Of a DNA stretch of 64,000 nt, positions 41,046 through 55,696 are shown piece after piece (position 1 is the stretch's first letter; every line of letters begins with the position of its first letter). Source of the DNA: Chrysomallon squamiferum (Eukaryota; Animalia; Mollusca); contig CM022674.1 of NCBI GenBank assembly GCA_012295275.1, forward strand, positions 15,376,001-15,440,000, read 5' to 3'. The translations under genes were made by a program, and so were the position numbers. The notes under the pieces are model-generated. The model saw only the letters and a list, made by a program, of their open reading frames with translations. It was not told where the DNA came from and did no database searches.

Positions 41046-42953
41046 TAGATGGTGGAATGGCGACCAGTTGATTCCAACACCAAATAAATTATTGGTTCCA
41101 TTGAGGTACAGACCGTTCAGATTGGCCGAATGACAGCGATTGTACCACCAGCCTCCCTTAAAAGTCCTAGCACACGAGTTACCATTGTCCTTTGTAGAGA
41201 ATCTCATACCATTGTGACGAACTCTATCTGCTACAGTGTTGATCAGGGCATCACCTACAAGTAAACATTCTATAGAATCACATTCGTGTCAGTCAGTTTT
41301 TCAACATATAACAGCAACAACAACGGCTACGACTTTTCTCTAAACGTAATTCTTAATACCAGCTTAATGTTTCTGTGAGTAAACCGGATTCGTAATAAAT
41401 ATTCCTAACTAGGTATATAGTTTTATCTACATATATAAGTATAGATACATACTTACATAAATATATTGTTTTATATATCTTTATAAATATTTTATTTTAT
41501 TTTATCTATAATAATGTTTTAGCTACCCATAAAAATATATTGTTCTATCTGTCTATCTATCTATCTATATATAATATATATGTGTGTGTCTGTTGTTTGT
41601 GCGTGTCTATATATGTTTGTGTATGTACATATATAGATGATGTATAGATAGATAGACAGACAGATAGTTTTGTCTACCTACATATATATGTGTGTATATG
41701 TATCTATATATATATATATATACATCTATCTATATATATATATATATAATATATTTATTTCATCCATGTAAACAAATATATTATCTATCGATGTACACTC
41801 CATGATTATATATGAATATTACTATAATATTAAAAACGTATTACTTAACTGCATTTATTTGTTATTATTTATCTGATATCAGTTGAAAAATAAAAGTAAA
41901 AGGCATTTAAATTACCTGTTTTTCCTCTGTATTTTTCCACTGATAAGCGATAAAAACATCTTCTCCAGTTATTGAGAAATTTTTGTAGACAGCAAATTTC
42001 GTGTTTCCTTCAAAATCTTCCAATTTTTAGATCGTAGTAACCCTGTCTGGTCAACCGATGTATGTTCTCATTGCCTGGCAAGATAAATCAGACAGATAAT
42101 CGATAAATCCTTGGTTCAATGAATAAGCATATATCGATATACTTATCTAAGTTTTTGTTTGTCTGTTTCCTTGTTCGCTTGTTTCTTTGTTTCTTTCTTT
42201 CTTTCACTCTTTTATCTGGATTCACTGCTTTTAACAATATTGTTCTTTTGTTGTTGTTGTTGTTTTTGTTTTCTGTTTTGATCTTACTCATTCACAAATA
42301 TAGGCAGACACATACATACATACATACATACACGTACATACACACACACACACTTTTGAAACATTATATTTTTTGAAATTACTCCCTTAATCTATTGATT
42401 TTTGTATTTATATTTTAATTATTTATTGTTAATTACTTACCTAACCAGAATTCTTTGGTTAATGAACCAAATCCGTCTCTGAATTCTTGCCACGTTCTGT
42501 AGAAGTTTTCTGATCCGTCCGTCCGTCTCTGAAAAACCTGAAGATCAAAAGAAGAACTGAAATAGTGTGTCCCATGTCTGCTTATTGAGAGTAACAAAAC
42601 AAAAACATAATAATAAAATAAAATAAAGGAAATGAACAAATTAGTCGTGTAGAGAAAGAGAGAGGGGCAGAGAGAGAAAGGAAACATTAAAATTGTTTGA
42701 GACACAATAAAATATGCATATATAAACCGAAATGAAAAGGCTAAAAACAGAAAAAATTTGAAATAAACAGTACACACACACACATATATATATATTATTA
42801 TATATATATATACATATATACATCTATATATATATATAGATAGATATAGATGTATATATATATATATATATGTATGCATGTTTGAATGTATATATATATA
42901 TATATATACATCTATATATACATATATATATACATACAAACATGCATACATAC

Positions 42954-43020
<67 letters not shown>

Positions 43021-43760
43021 ATAATATATGAAATGAAAACGATAGAAGAATTAATTAAAACTTTGCTAAAACTTACAAGCCAACCGCTATCATTGTCAGA
43101 TATTTCGCAGTACGCCCTCATTGGGCTGCCGTTGTCACGTGGTACAATTGTATAAACTCCGCTTATTTTACCTCCATTCATAATTATTTCTACACAGTCA
43201 GAGGGAGCACTTTCTGTAACAACAACAACAACGAGGATGATGATGTCAATTGATAAATTCGTATGAAAAACAAAATAAATCCATTATTCTGTGAAAATAG
43301 TATCTAAATTAATACATGTATAAACAAATAGACTTACAAACAAACACGTACATAAAAAGGAAGAAAACAATACACTTTCTTTTATCTATCTTTGCAGTTC
43401 ATTTGATTTATATATATAAGTTAACAAACAAATCACAACTTACCATATGATTCAGTTTCTGTCTCATTAACAAACGAAAGAGAATTCAACGTTTCGTTGT
43501 AAAGAGAACATATGCCGTTGCCGCTGTTGTAGACGAAACCTTTGCAGCCGACGCAGGTGGAACATTTGATGAGGCAGCAGAGTTTACTGGACACGTTCAA
43601 TTCTTTTGAAGGATCTTCTGCAGGTTTCTTATCGTTGTACTGTGGTAACTTTCGAAAAGTCTTACGAATGCTAAGCTCGGAATTAGCAAAAAAAAACAAC
43701 GATTATCACAAATGCTAAAATACAAAAGTCTATTCTTTGGATTCGTCTCATTATATCCAT
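41016..43760 (-). pseudogene. Secreted PAN/apple plus fibrinogen-related domain (FReD) protein, 5 exons, frameshifted
   Basis: Exons: 43760-43444 (signal peptide; CLIKCSTCVGCKGFVYNSGNGICSLY); 43213-43077 (SDC...SGVYTI...AYCE...GWL); 42537-42441 ([24 protein letters not shown]...EFWLG); 42074-41916 (NENIHRLT, two indels); 41254-41016 ([10 protein letters not shown]...[15 protein letters not shown]). All introns are GT-AG. There is a +1 base in a T9 run at 43688-43696. Confidence 0.9.
42958..43017. repeat. (GA)n microsatellite
   Basis: Perfect dinucleotide run in a FReD intron. Confidence 0.95.
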
Positions 43761-44849
43761 TTTACCAACGATTTCTGTGCTGGAATTAATTAATCCTATT
43801 GCATCAAGAAATTTTAATCGTTGTTTCACATAACCAAATAAACTATTGATTAGTTCTACTGGCGTTTCCAAGCAATGTCATAAATTCTGTTTCTGGTGAT
43901 TCCCAAACAGAGTCAACAATTAGCATCGAAGAACAGCTGATAAATATTTTTGTTAATGTTTCCAGAGGTTTCAAAAATCTTACAAAAAGTATCTGTCAAT
44001 TTTTAAAGAACTGATCCTACCACACCCACACGTGTTAAATACAATCAACTACAGTTTTTAGTAACCAATATATTTCTGGTTACACAACCTTGTTATTGTA
44101 AAGTCTTTACCACTTTGCTCTCGCTGGCAGTCTAACAAGGTAAACCCTGAAACACTTTAACCGTTTGACACAAGGTTCTGTTTTCTATGCAGAGCTCAAG
44201 TATTTGATGCTACAGTGAATGTGGTTAATGTAATTAATAATGTAGTACTCCTGCATATTTTTGTATAATTCTTATTGATGTTTTCAATTTAATTGAACGA
44301 AATTTCAGACTACAAGAATGCTGTATGCATTTACGTTTATTCGAATAACAGTCATCAGGGAAATGATCATTTGAAACATGATTCCACTATCTTTGAATAA
44401 TTAATTTGTGCAGTTGCTTAACTAGCTGGTTTCTTCTTTCTTTCTGCTTTGCTTCAGGGATTGCTTTGGACGAAGTGTTTTGTTGTTGTATCTTTTGGGG
44501 TTGTTTCTTGTTAATTATTTATTTGTTTATATTTATATTTATTTTTATTATTGTTCTCACTGTGCGTGTATATATATATGTCTGTGTATGTATTATATAT
44601 GTGTTTTTGTGCGGGGTTGTGTGGGATTTAAACAAATGCACAATTTTTTTTTTTTTCAAGCATTTCAGTAATCCCTGTTTCTGTCTATCCATCCACCAAT
44701 GTATCTATCGATCTATCCACCCCACATTCATTGATTCGAACACACCGATTTTAGTATTAATGTTTTGAAACAGAGCATAGAGATTTATTATGTATATTTT
44801 ATGTGTGTGAGTGAGTTTATAGAGTTAATGTATTAAGTAGGCATAAACG

Positions 44850-44890
<41 letters not shown>

Positions 44891-45276
44891 CCATGTGTTT
44901 ATGTTTGCATGATAATCTGTATGTATTTAGATTATTAACATATGTATGTGTTCGTGATGGATTGATACATAGATAGATTAAAATATAAGTGTAGCTTAGG
45001 TAGAAACGATTCTTGAATGTTCAATACAATCACATTAACACAAATTATCATCATTAAATAATTTAACGTGATCTTATTAACACAAATACTTATTGATGAT
45101 TTACTTTTTCATATTTACAGTATTCTTCTTCTTCTTCTTCTTTTTTTTTTCTTCTTATTATTATTATTATTATTAGTAGTAGTAGTAGTAGTAGTAGTAG
45201 TATTTTATTATTCTTGTTGTTATTTTTGTTTGTTTTACTGCTATTGTTATCATTATTATCAGTGTCATTATCATTG

Positions 45277-48200
45277 TTACTTGATTCCTGGTTTACTTAG
45301 GTCATTATTTACGTAATTACTTAATTTATTTATTACTTAGATAATTATTAATGTACTTACTTGCATTATCAGTTACTTAGAAACTTGCATCCTTGCTTAC
45401 TTAGGTCATTATTTACTTACTTACTTAATTTATTTCTTAGTTAGATAATTGTTAATGTACTTACTTAGGTTACTATTTACTTACTTATTCTCTTCCTTGC
45501 TAACTTAGGACATTAGTTAAGTAGTTACTTACATTCTTACTCACATAATTGTAAATGTACTGACTTGCATTCTCTCTTAGTTAGGTACTTGCTTCCTTGG
45601 TTACTTAGGTCATTATTTACGTAATTACTTAATTTATTTATTACTTAGATAATTGTTAATGTACTTACTTGCAGTATCACTTACTTAGTAACTTGCATCC
45701 TTGCTTACTTAGATCATTATTTACTTACTTACTTAATTTATTTGTTATTTAGATAATTGGTAATGTACTTACTTAGGTTACTATTTACTTACTTATTCTC
45801 TTCCTTGCTAACTTAGGTCATTAGTTAAGTACTTACTTACATTCTTACTCACATAATTGTTAATGTACTGACTTGCATTCTCACTTACTTAGTTACTTGT
45901 TTCCTTGCTTACTTAGGTCATTATTTACGTAATTACTTAATTTATTTCTTACTTAGATAATTGTTAATGTACTTACTTGCATTCTCACTTACTTAGAAAC
46001 TTGCATCCTTGCTTAGTTAGGTCATTATTTACTTACTTAATTACGTTCTTATTAGATAATTGTTAATGTACAAATTTGCATTTTACCTTAGTTCCTCGCT
46101 TCCTTGCCAACTTAGATCATTATTTACGTACTTACTTACTTTCTTTCTTTCTTAGTTAGATAATTGTTAATGTACTTACTTAGGTTACTATTTACTAACT
46201 TACTCGCTTACTTGCTAACCTAGGACATTAGTTAAATACTTACTTACATTCTTACTCACATAATTGTAAATGTACTGACTTGCATTCTCTCTTACTTAGG
46301 TACTTGCTTCCTTGCTTACTTAGGTCATTATTTACGTTAATTTACTTAATTTAGATAATTGTTAATGTACTTATTTGCATTCTACTATTTACTTAGAAAC
46401 TTGCATCATTGCTTACTTAGGTCATTATTTAACTAGTTACTTAATTTATTTGTTATTTAGATAATTGTTAATGTACTTACTTAGGTTATTCTTACTTACT
46501 TAGCTATTCTCTTCCTTGCTAACTTAGGTCATTATTTAGGTAAGTTAAATTTATTTTTTTACTTACATAATTGTTAATGTACTGAATTCTGTTCTCACTT
46601 ACTTAGTAACTTGCATCCTTGCTTACTTAGGTCATTATTTACGTACTTAATTACGTTCTTACTTAGATAATTGTTAATGTACAAATTTGCATTTTCACTT
46701 AGTTGCTCGCTTCCTTGCCAACTTAGATCATTATTTACGTACTTACTTACTTTCTTTCCTAGTTAGATAATTGTTAATGTACTTACTTAGGTTACTATTT
46801 ACTAACTTACTCGCTTCCTTGCTAACTTAGGACATTAGTTAAGTACTTACTTACATTCTTACTCACATAATTGTAAATGTACTGACTTGCATTCTGACTT
46901 ACTTAGTTACTTGCTTCCTTGCTTACTTAGGTCATTATTTACGTAATTACTTAATTTATTTATTACTTAGATAATTGTTAATGTACTTACTTGCATTCTC
47001 ACTTACTTAGAAACTTGCATCCTTGCTTACTTAGGTCATTATTTACTTACTTACTTAATTTATTTCTTAGTTAGATAATTGTTAATGTACTTACTTAGGT
47101 TACTATTTACTTACTTATTCTCTTCCTTGCTAACTTAGGTCATTAGTTAAGTACTTACTTACATTCTTACTCACATAATTGTTAATGTACTGACTTCTAT
47201 TCTCACTTACTTAGTTACTTGTTTCCTTGCTTACTTAGGTCATTATTTACGTAATTACTTAATTTATTTATTACTTAGATAATTGTTAATGTACTTACTT
47301 GCATTCTCACTTACTTTGAAACTTGCATCCTTGCTTACGTTAGGTCATTATTTACTTAATTGTTAATGTACAAATTTATTTGTTATTTAGATAATTGGTA
47401 ATTTACGTACTACTTACTTTCTTTGTTACTATTTACTTAATTACCTTTATTCTCTTTTCCTTACTAACTTAGGTACATTAGTTAAGTACTTACTTACATT
47501 CTTACTCACATAATTGTTAATGTACTGACTTGCATTCTCTCTTACTTAGGTACTTGTTTCCTTGCTTACTTAGGTCATTATTTACGTAATTACTTAATTT
47601 ATTTCTTACTTAGATAATTGTTAACGTACTTACTTGCATTCTCACTGACTTACTAACTTGCATCCTTGCTTACTTAGGTCATTATTTACGTACTTAATTA
47701 CGTTCTTACTTAGATAATTGTTAATGTACAAATTTGCATTTTCACTTAGTTCCTCGCTTCCTTGCCAACTTAGATCATTATTTACGTACTTACTTACTTT
47801 CTTTCTTAGTTAGATAATTGTTAATGTACTTACTTAGGTTACTATTTACTAACTTACTCGCTTACTTGCTAACCTAGGACATTAGTTAAATACTTACTTA
47901 CATTCTTACTCACATAATTGTAAATGTACTGACTTGCATTCTGACTTACTTAGTTACTTGCTTCCTTGCTTACTTAGGTCATTATTTACGTAATTACTTA
48001 ATTTATTTATTACTTAGATAATTGTTAATGTACTTACTTGCATTCTCACTTACTTAGAAACTTGCATCATTGCTTACTTAGGTCATTATTTACTTACTTA
48101 CTTAATTTATTTGTTATTTAGATAATTGGTAATGTACTTACTTAGGTTACAATTTACTTACTTATTCTCTTCCTTGCTAACTTAGGTCATTAGTTAAGTA

Positions 48201-51200
48201 CTTACTTACATTCTTACTCACATAATTGTTAATGTACTGACTTGCATTCTCACTTTCTTAGTTACTTGTTTCCTTGCTTACTTAGGTCATTATTTAGGTA
48301 AGTACTAAATTTATTTCTTACTTAGATAATTGTTAACGTACTTACTTGCATTCTCACTAACTTAGTAACTTGATCCTTGCTTATCCTTATTTACTTAATT
48401 ACGTTCTTATTAGATAATTGTTAATACTTAATTTGCATTTTCACTTAGTTGCTCGCTTTCTTAGTTAGATCATTTTTTAATGTACTTACTTTCTTTCTTA
48501 GGTAGTTAATTGTTAATGTACTTACTTAGGTTACTATTTACTAACTTACTCGCTTACTTGCTAACCTAGGACATTAGTTAAATAGTTACTTACATTCTTA
48601 CTCACATAATTGTAAATGTACTGACTTGCATTCTCTCTTACTTAGGTACTTGCTTCCTTGCTTACTTAGGTCATTATTTACGTAATTACTTAATTTATTT
48701 ATTACTTAGATAATTGTTAATGTACTTACTTGCATTCTCACTTACTTTGAAACTTGCATCCTTGCTTACTTAGGTCATTATTTACTTACTTAATTTATTT
48801 CTTAATTTATTTCTTAGTTAGATAATTTTTAATGTACTTTAGGGTTACTATTTACTTACTTATTCTCTTGCTTCCTTGCCAAGTTAGGTCATTAGTTAAG
48901 TAGTTCCTTATATTTCTTACTTAGATAATTGTTAACGTACTTACTTGCATTCTCACTGACTTACTAACTTGCATCCTTGCTTACTTAGGTCATTATTTAC
49001 GTACTTAATTACGTTCTTACTTAGATAATTGTTAATGTACAAATTTGCATTTTACCTTAGTTCCTCGCTTCCTTGCCAACTTAGATCATTATTTACGTAC
49101 TTACTTACTTTCTTTCTTAGTTAGATAATTGTTAATGTACTTACTTAGGTTACTATTTACTTACTTATTCTCTTCCTTGCTAACTTAGGTGATTAGTTAC
49201 GTACTTACTTACATTCTTACTAACATAATTGTTAATGTACAAATTTGCATTTTACCTTAGTTCCTCGCTTCCTTACCAACTTAGATCATTATTTACGTAC
49301 TTACTTACTTTCTTTCTTAGTTAGATAATTGTTAATGTACTTACTTAGGTTACTATTTACTTACTTATTCTCTTCCTTGCTAACTTAGGTCATTAGTTAA
49401 GTACTTACTTACATTCTTACTCACATAATTGTTAATGTACTGACTTGCATTCTCACTGACTTAGTTTCCTCTTTCCTTTCTTACTTAGGTCATTATTTAC
49501 GTAATTACTTAATTTATTTATTACTTAGATAATTGTTAATGTACTTACTTGCATTCTCACTTACTTAGAAACTTGCATCCTTGCTTACTTAGGTCATTAT
49601 TTACTTACTTACTTAATTTATTTGTTATTTAGATAATTGGTAATGTACTTACTTAGGTTACAATTTACTTACTTATTCTCTTCCTTGCTAACTTAGGTCA
49701 TTAGTTAAATACTTACTTACATTCTTACTCACATAATTGTAAATGTACTGACTTGCATTCTCTCTTACTTAGGTACTTGCTTCCTTGCTTACTTAGGTCA
49801 TTATTTACGTAATTACTTAATTTATTTATTACTTAGATAATTGTTAATGTACTTACTTGCATTCTCACTTACTTAGAAACTTGCATCATTGCTTACTTAG
49901 GTCATTATTTAGGTAAGTACTAAATTTATTTCTTACTTAGATAATTGTTAACGTACTTACTTGCATTCTCGCTGACTTAGTAACTTGCATCCTTGCTTAC
50001 TTAGGTCATTATTTACGTACTTAATTACGTTCTTACTTAGATAATTGTTAATGTACAAATTTGCATTTTCACTTAGTTGCTCGCTTCCTTGCCAACTTAG
50101 ATCATTATTTACGTACTTACTTACTTTCTTTCTTAGTTAGATAATTGTTAATGTACTTACTTAGGTTACTATTTACTAACTTACTCGCTTACTTGCTAAC
50201 TTAGGACATTAGTTAAGTACTTACTTACATTCTTACTCACATAATTGTAAATGTACTGACTTGCATTCTGACTTACTTAGTTACTTGCTTCCTTGCTTAC
50301 TTAGGTCATTATTTACGTAATTACTTAATTTATTTATTACTTAGATAATTGTTAATGTACTTACTTGCATTCTCACTTACTTTGAAACTTGCATCCTTGC
50401 TTACTTAGGTCATTATTTACTTACTTACTTAATTTTTTTATTTAGATAATTGTTAATGTACTTACTTAGGTTACTATTTACTTACTTATTCTCTTCCTTG
50501 CTAACTTAGGTCATTAGTTAAGTAGTTACTTACATTTTTACTCACATAATCGTTAATATACTTACTTCTATTCTCACTTACTTAGTTACTTGCATCCTTG
50601 CTTACTTAGGTCATTATTTACGTACTTAATTACGTTCTTACTTAGATAATTGTTAATGTACAAATTTGCATTTTACCTTACTTCCTCGCTTCCATCCTTG
50701 CTTAGTTAACTTAGATCATTATTTAGGTACTTACTAACTTTCTTTCTTATTTAGATAATTGGTTATGTACTTACTTAGGTTACTATTTACTAACTTACTC
50801 CCTTACTTGATAACTTAGGTCATTAGTTAAGTACTTACTTACATTCTTACTCACATAATTGTAAATGTACTGACTTGCATTCTGACTTACTTAGTTACTT
50901 GCTTCCTTGCTTACTTAGGTCATTATTTACGTAATTACTTAATTTATTTATTACTTAGATAATTGTTAATGTACTTACTTGCATTCTCACTTACTTAGAA
51001 ACTTGCATCCTTGCTTAGTTAGGTCATTATTTACTTACTTACTTAATTTATTTGTTATTTAGATAATTGGTAATGTACTTACTTAGGTTACTATTTACTT
51101 ACTTATTCTCTTCCTTGCTAACTTAGGTCATTAGTTAAGTACTTACTTACATTCTTACTCACATAATTGTTAATGTACTGACTTGCATTCTCACTTACTT

Positions 51201-52253
51201 AGTTTCTTCTTTCCTTGCTTACTTAGGTCATTATTTACGTAATTACTTAATTTATTTATTACTTAGATAATTGTTAATGTACTTACTTGCATTCTCACTT
51301 ACTTAGAAACTTGCATCCTTGCTTACTTAGGTCATTATTTACTTACTTACTTAATTTATTTGTTATTTAGATAATTGGTAATGTACTTACTTAGGTTACA
51401 ATTTACTTACTTATTCTCTTCCTTGCTAACTTAGGTCATTAGTTAAGTACTTACTTACATTATTACTCACATAATTGTTAATGTACTGACTTCTATTCTC
51501 ACTTACTTAGTTACTTGTTTCCTTGCTTACTTAGGTCATTATTTAGGTAAGTACTAAATTTATTTCTTACTTAGATAATTGTTAACGTACTTACTTGCAT
51601 TCTCGCTGACTTACTAACTTGCATCCTTGCTTAGTTAGGTCATTAATTACGTTCTTACTTAGATAATTGTTAATGTACAAATTTGCATTTTACCTTAGTT
51701 CCTCGCTTCCTTACCAACTTAGATCATTATTTACGTACTTACTTACTTTCTTTCTTAGTTAGATAATTGTTAATGTACTTACTTAGGTTACTATTTACTA
51801 ACTTACTCGCTTACTAAGGTCATTAGTTAAGTACTTACTTACATTCTTACTCACATAATTGTTAATGTACTGACTTCTATTCTCACTTACTTAGTTACTT
51901 GTTTCCTTGCTTACTTAGGTCATTATTTAGGTAAGTACTAAATTTATTTCTTACTTAGATAATTGTTAACGTACTTACTTGCATTCTCGCTGACTTAGTA
52001 ACTTGCATCCTTGCTTAGTTAGGTCATTATTTACGTACTTAATTACGTTCTTACTTAGATAATTGTTAATGTACAAATTTGCATTTTCACTTAGTTGCTC
52101 GCTTCCTTGCCAACTTAGATCATTATTTACGTACTTACTTTCTTTCTTAGTTAGATAATTGTTAATGTACTTACTTAGGTTACTATTTACTAACTTACTC
52201 GCTTACTTGCTAACCTAGGACATTAGTTAAATACTTACTTACATTCTAACTCA
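45277..52253 (+). repeat. TTAC-rich satellite, subfamily B (100-104 bp monomers)
   Basis: TAGGTCATTA recurs at 46928, 47032, 47136 and 47236, giving a 308-bp trimer. Confidence 0.95.
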
Positions 52254-52453
52254 NNNNNNNNNNNNNNNNNNNNNNNNNNNNNNNNNNNNNNNNNNNNNNN
52301 NNNNNNNNNNNNNNNNNNNNNNNNNNNNNNNNNNNNNNNNNNNNNNNNNNNNNNNNNNNNNNNNNNNNNNNNNNNNNNNNNNNNNNNNNNNNNNNNNNNN
52401 NNNNNNNNNNNNNNNNNNNNNNNNNNNNNNNNNNNNNNNNNNNNNNNNNNNNN
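52254..52453. other. Scaffold gap (200 N)
   Basis: Run of N. Confidence 1.
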
Positions 52454-55400
52454 ATCTCTTTACCTTATGACTAGGGTTAAAGTTAGTATTATGGTTAGAT
52501 TTAGTTATCTGTTTTACCTTATGACTAGGGTTAAAAGTTAGTATTATGGTTAGATTTAGTTATCTGTTTACCTTATGACTAGGGTTAAAGTTAGTATTAT
52601 GGTTAGATTTAGTTATCTGTTTTTACCTTATGACTAGGGTTAAAGTTAGTATTATTATGGTTAGATTTAGTTATCTGTTTACCTTATGACTAGGGTTAAA
52701 GTTAGTATTATGGTTAGATTTAGTTATCTGTTTACCTTATGACTAGGGTTAAAGTTAGTATTATGGTTAGATTTAGTTATCTGTTTACCTTATGACTAGG
52801 GTTAAAGTTAGTATTATGGTTAGATTTAGTTATCTGTTTATTATAGGGTTAGTATTTGGTTAGATTTAGTTATCTGTTTACCTTATGACTAGGGTTAAAG
52901 TTAGTATTATGGTTAGATTTAGTTATCTGTTTACCTTATGACTAGGGTTAAAGTTAGTATTATGGTTAGATTTAGTTATCTGTTTACCTTATGACAGGGT
53001 TAAAGTTAGTATTATGGTTAGATTTAGTTATCTGTTTACCTTATGACTAGGGTTAAAGTTAGTATTATGGTTAGATTTAGTTATCTGTTTTACCTTATGA
53101 CTAGGGTTAAAGTTAGTATTATGGTTAGATTTAGTTATCTGTTTTACCTTATGACTAGGGTTAAAAGTTATTATTATGGTTAGATTTAGTTATCTGTTTT
53201 ACCTTATGACTAGGGTTAAAGTTAGTATTATGGTTAGATTTAGTTATCTGTTTTACCTTATGACTAGGGTTAAAGTTAGTATTATGGCTAGATTTAGTAA
53301 TCTGTTTTACCTTATGACTAGGGTTAAAGTTAGTATTATTTAGATTTAGTTATCTGTTTACCTTATGACTAGGGTTAAAGTTAGTATTATGGCTAGATTT
53401 AGTTATCTGTTTACCTTATGACTAGGGTTAAAGTTAGTATTATGGTTAGATTTAGTTATCTGTTTACCTTATGACTAGGGTTAAAGTTAGTATTATGGTT
53501 AGATTTAGTTATCTGTTTACCTTATGACTAGGGTTAAAGTTAGTATTATGGTTAGATTTAGTTATCTGTTTACCTTATGACTAGGGTTAAAGTTAGTATT
53601 ATGGTTAGATTTAGTTATCTGTTTACCTTATGACTAGGGTTAAAGTTAGTATTATGGTTAGATTTAGTTATCTGTTTACCTTATGACTAGGGTTAAAGTT
53701 AGTATTATGGTTAGATTTAGTTATCTGTTTTACCTTATGACTAGGGTTAAAAGTTAGTTATTATGGTTAGATTTAGTTATCTGTTTACCTTATGACTAGG
53801 GTTAAAGTTAGTATTATGGTTAGATTTAGTTATCTGTTTACTGTTTATGACTAGGGTTAAAGTTAGTATTATGGTTAGATTTAGTTATCTTTTTACCTTA
53901 TGACTAGGGTTAAAGTTAGTATTATGGTTAGATTTAGTTATCTGTTTACCTTATGACTAGGGTTAAAGTTAGTATTATGGTTAGATTTAGTTTATCTGTT
54001 TACCTTATGACTAGGGTTAAAGTTAGTATTATATTATGGTTAGATTTAGTTATCTGTTTTACCTTATGACTAGGTTTAAAGTTAGTATTATGGTTAGATT
54101 TAGTTATCTGTTTACCTTATGACTAGGGTTAAAGTTTATGGTTAGATTTAGTTATCTGTTAGATTTAGGGTTAAAGTTAGTATTATGGTTAGATTTAGTT
54201 ATTTTTTACCTTATGACTAGGGTTAAAGTTTAGTATTATGGTTAGATTTAGTTATCTGTTTACCTTATGACTAGGGTTAAAGTTAGTATTATGGTTAGAT
54301 TTAGTTATCTGTTTACCTTATGACTAGGGTTAAAGTTAGTATTATGGTTAGATTTAGTTATCTGTTTACCTTATGACTAGGGTTAAAGTTAGTATTATGG
54401 TTAGATTTAGTTATCTGTTTACCTTATGACTAGGGTTAAAGTTAGTATTATGTTAGATTTAGTTATCTGTTTACCTTATGACTAGGGTTAAAGTTAGTAT
54501 TATGGTTAGATTTAGTTATCTGTTTACCTTATGACTAGGGTTAAAGTTAGTATTATGGTTAGATTTAGTTATCTGTTTACCTTATGACTAGGTTAAAGTT
54601 AGTATTATGGTTAGATTTAGTTATCTGTTTACCTTATGGTTAGATTTAGTTATTTGTTATCTGTTTACCTTTGACTAGGGTTAAAGTTAGTATTATGGTT
54701 AGATTTAGTTATCTGTTTACCTTATGACTAGGGTTAAAGTTAGTATTATTATGGTTAGATTTAGTTATCTGTTTTACCTTATGACTAGGTTAAAGTTAGT
54801 ATTATGGTTAGATTTAGTTATCTGTTTACCTTATGACTAGGGTTAAAGTTAGTATTATGGTTAGATTTAGTTATCTCTGTTTACCTTATGACTAGGGTTA
54901 AAGTTAGTATTATGGTTAGATTTAGTTATCTGTTTACCTTATGACTAGGGTTAAAGTTAGTATTATGGCTAGATTTAGTTATCTCTTTACCTTATGGGTA
55001 GGGTTAAAGTTAGTATTATGGCTAGATTTAGTTATCTGTTTACCTTATGACTAGGGTTAAAGTTAGTATTATGGTTAGATTTAGTTATCTGTTTACCTTA
55101 TGACTAGGGTTAAAGTTAGTAATTATATGGCTAGATTTAGATTTAGTTATCTGTTTACCTTATGACTAGGGTTAAAGTTAGTATTATGGTTAGATTTAGT
55201 TATCTGTTTACCTTATGACTAGGGTTAAAGTTAGTATTATGGTTAGATTTAGTTATCTGTTTACCTTATGACTAGGGTTAAAGTTAGTATTATGGTTAGA
55301 TTTAGTTTCTGTTTACCTTATGACTAGGGTTAAAGTTAGTATTATGGTTAGATTTAGTTAATTGTTTACCTTTTGACTAGGGTTAAAGTTAGTATTATGG

Positions 55401-55696
55401 TTAGATTTAGTTATCTGTTTACATTATGACTAGGGTTAAAGTTAGTATTATGGTTAGATTTAGTTATCTGTTCAACCTTATGACTAGAGTTAATGTTAGT
55501 ATTATGTTTAGGTTTAGTTATCTTTTTACCATATTCCAAGTGTTAAAGTTAGCATTATGGCTAGATTTAGTGATCTGTTTACCTTATGACCAGTGTTAAA
55601 GTTAGTATTATGGTTGATTTAGTTATCTCTTTACCTTATGACTAGGGTTAAAGTTAGTATTATGGTTAGATTTAGTTATCTGTTTACCTTATGACT
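52454..55696 (+). repeat. 53-bp satellite built from degenerate TTAGGG-like hexamers (~60 copies)
   Basis: Unit TTATGA CTAGGG TTAAAG TTAGTA TTATGG TTAGAT TTAG TTATCTG TTTACC; period 53 (for example 53461 to 53514). Confidence 0.95.

Noticed and set aside
44406-45316. Hydrophobic ORFs (similar ones at 22109, 30838-31266, 35732, 38365 and 42088-42951)
   Set aside because: Products of microsatellites and poly-T tracts, apart from the real exons annotated inside some of them.
52454-55696. CRISPR-like array or true telomere
   Set aside because: Head-to-tail identical units with no unique spacers, in a eukaryotic context, and no perfect (TTAGGG)n run.
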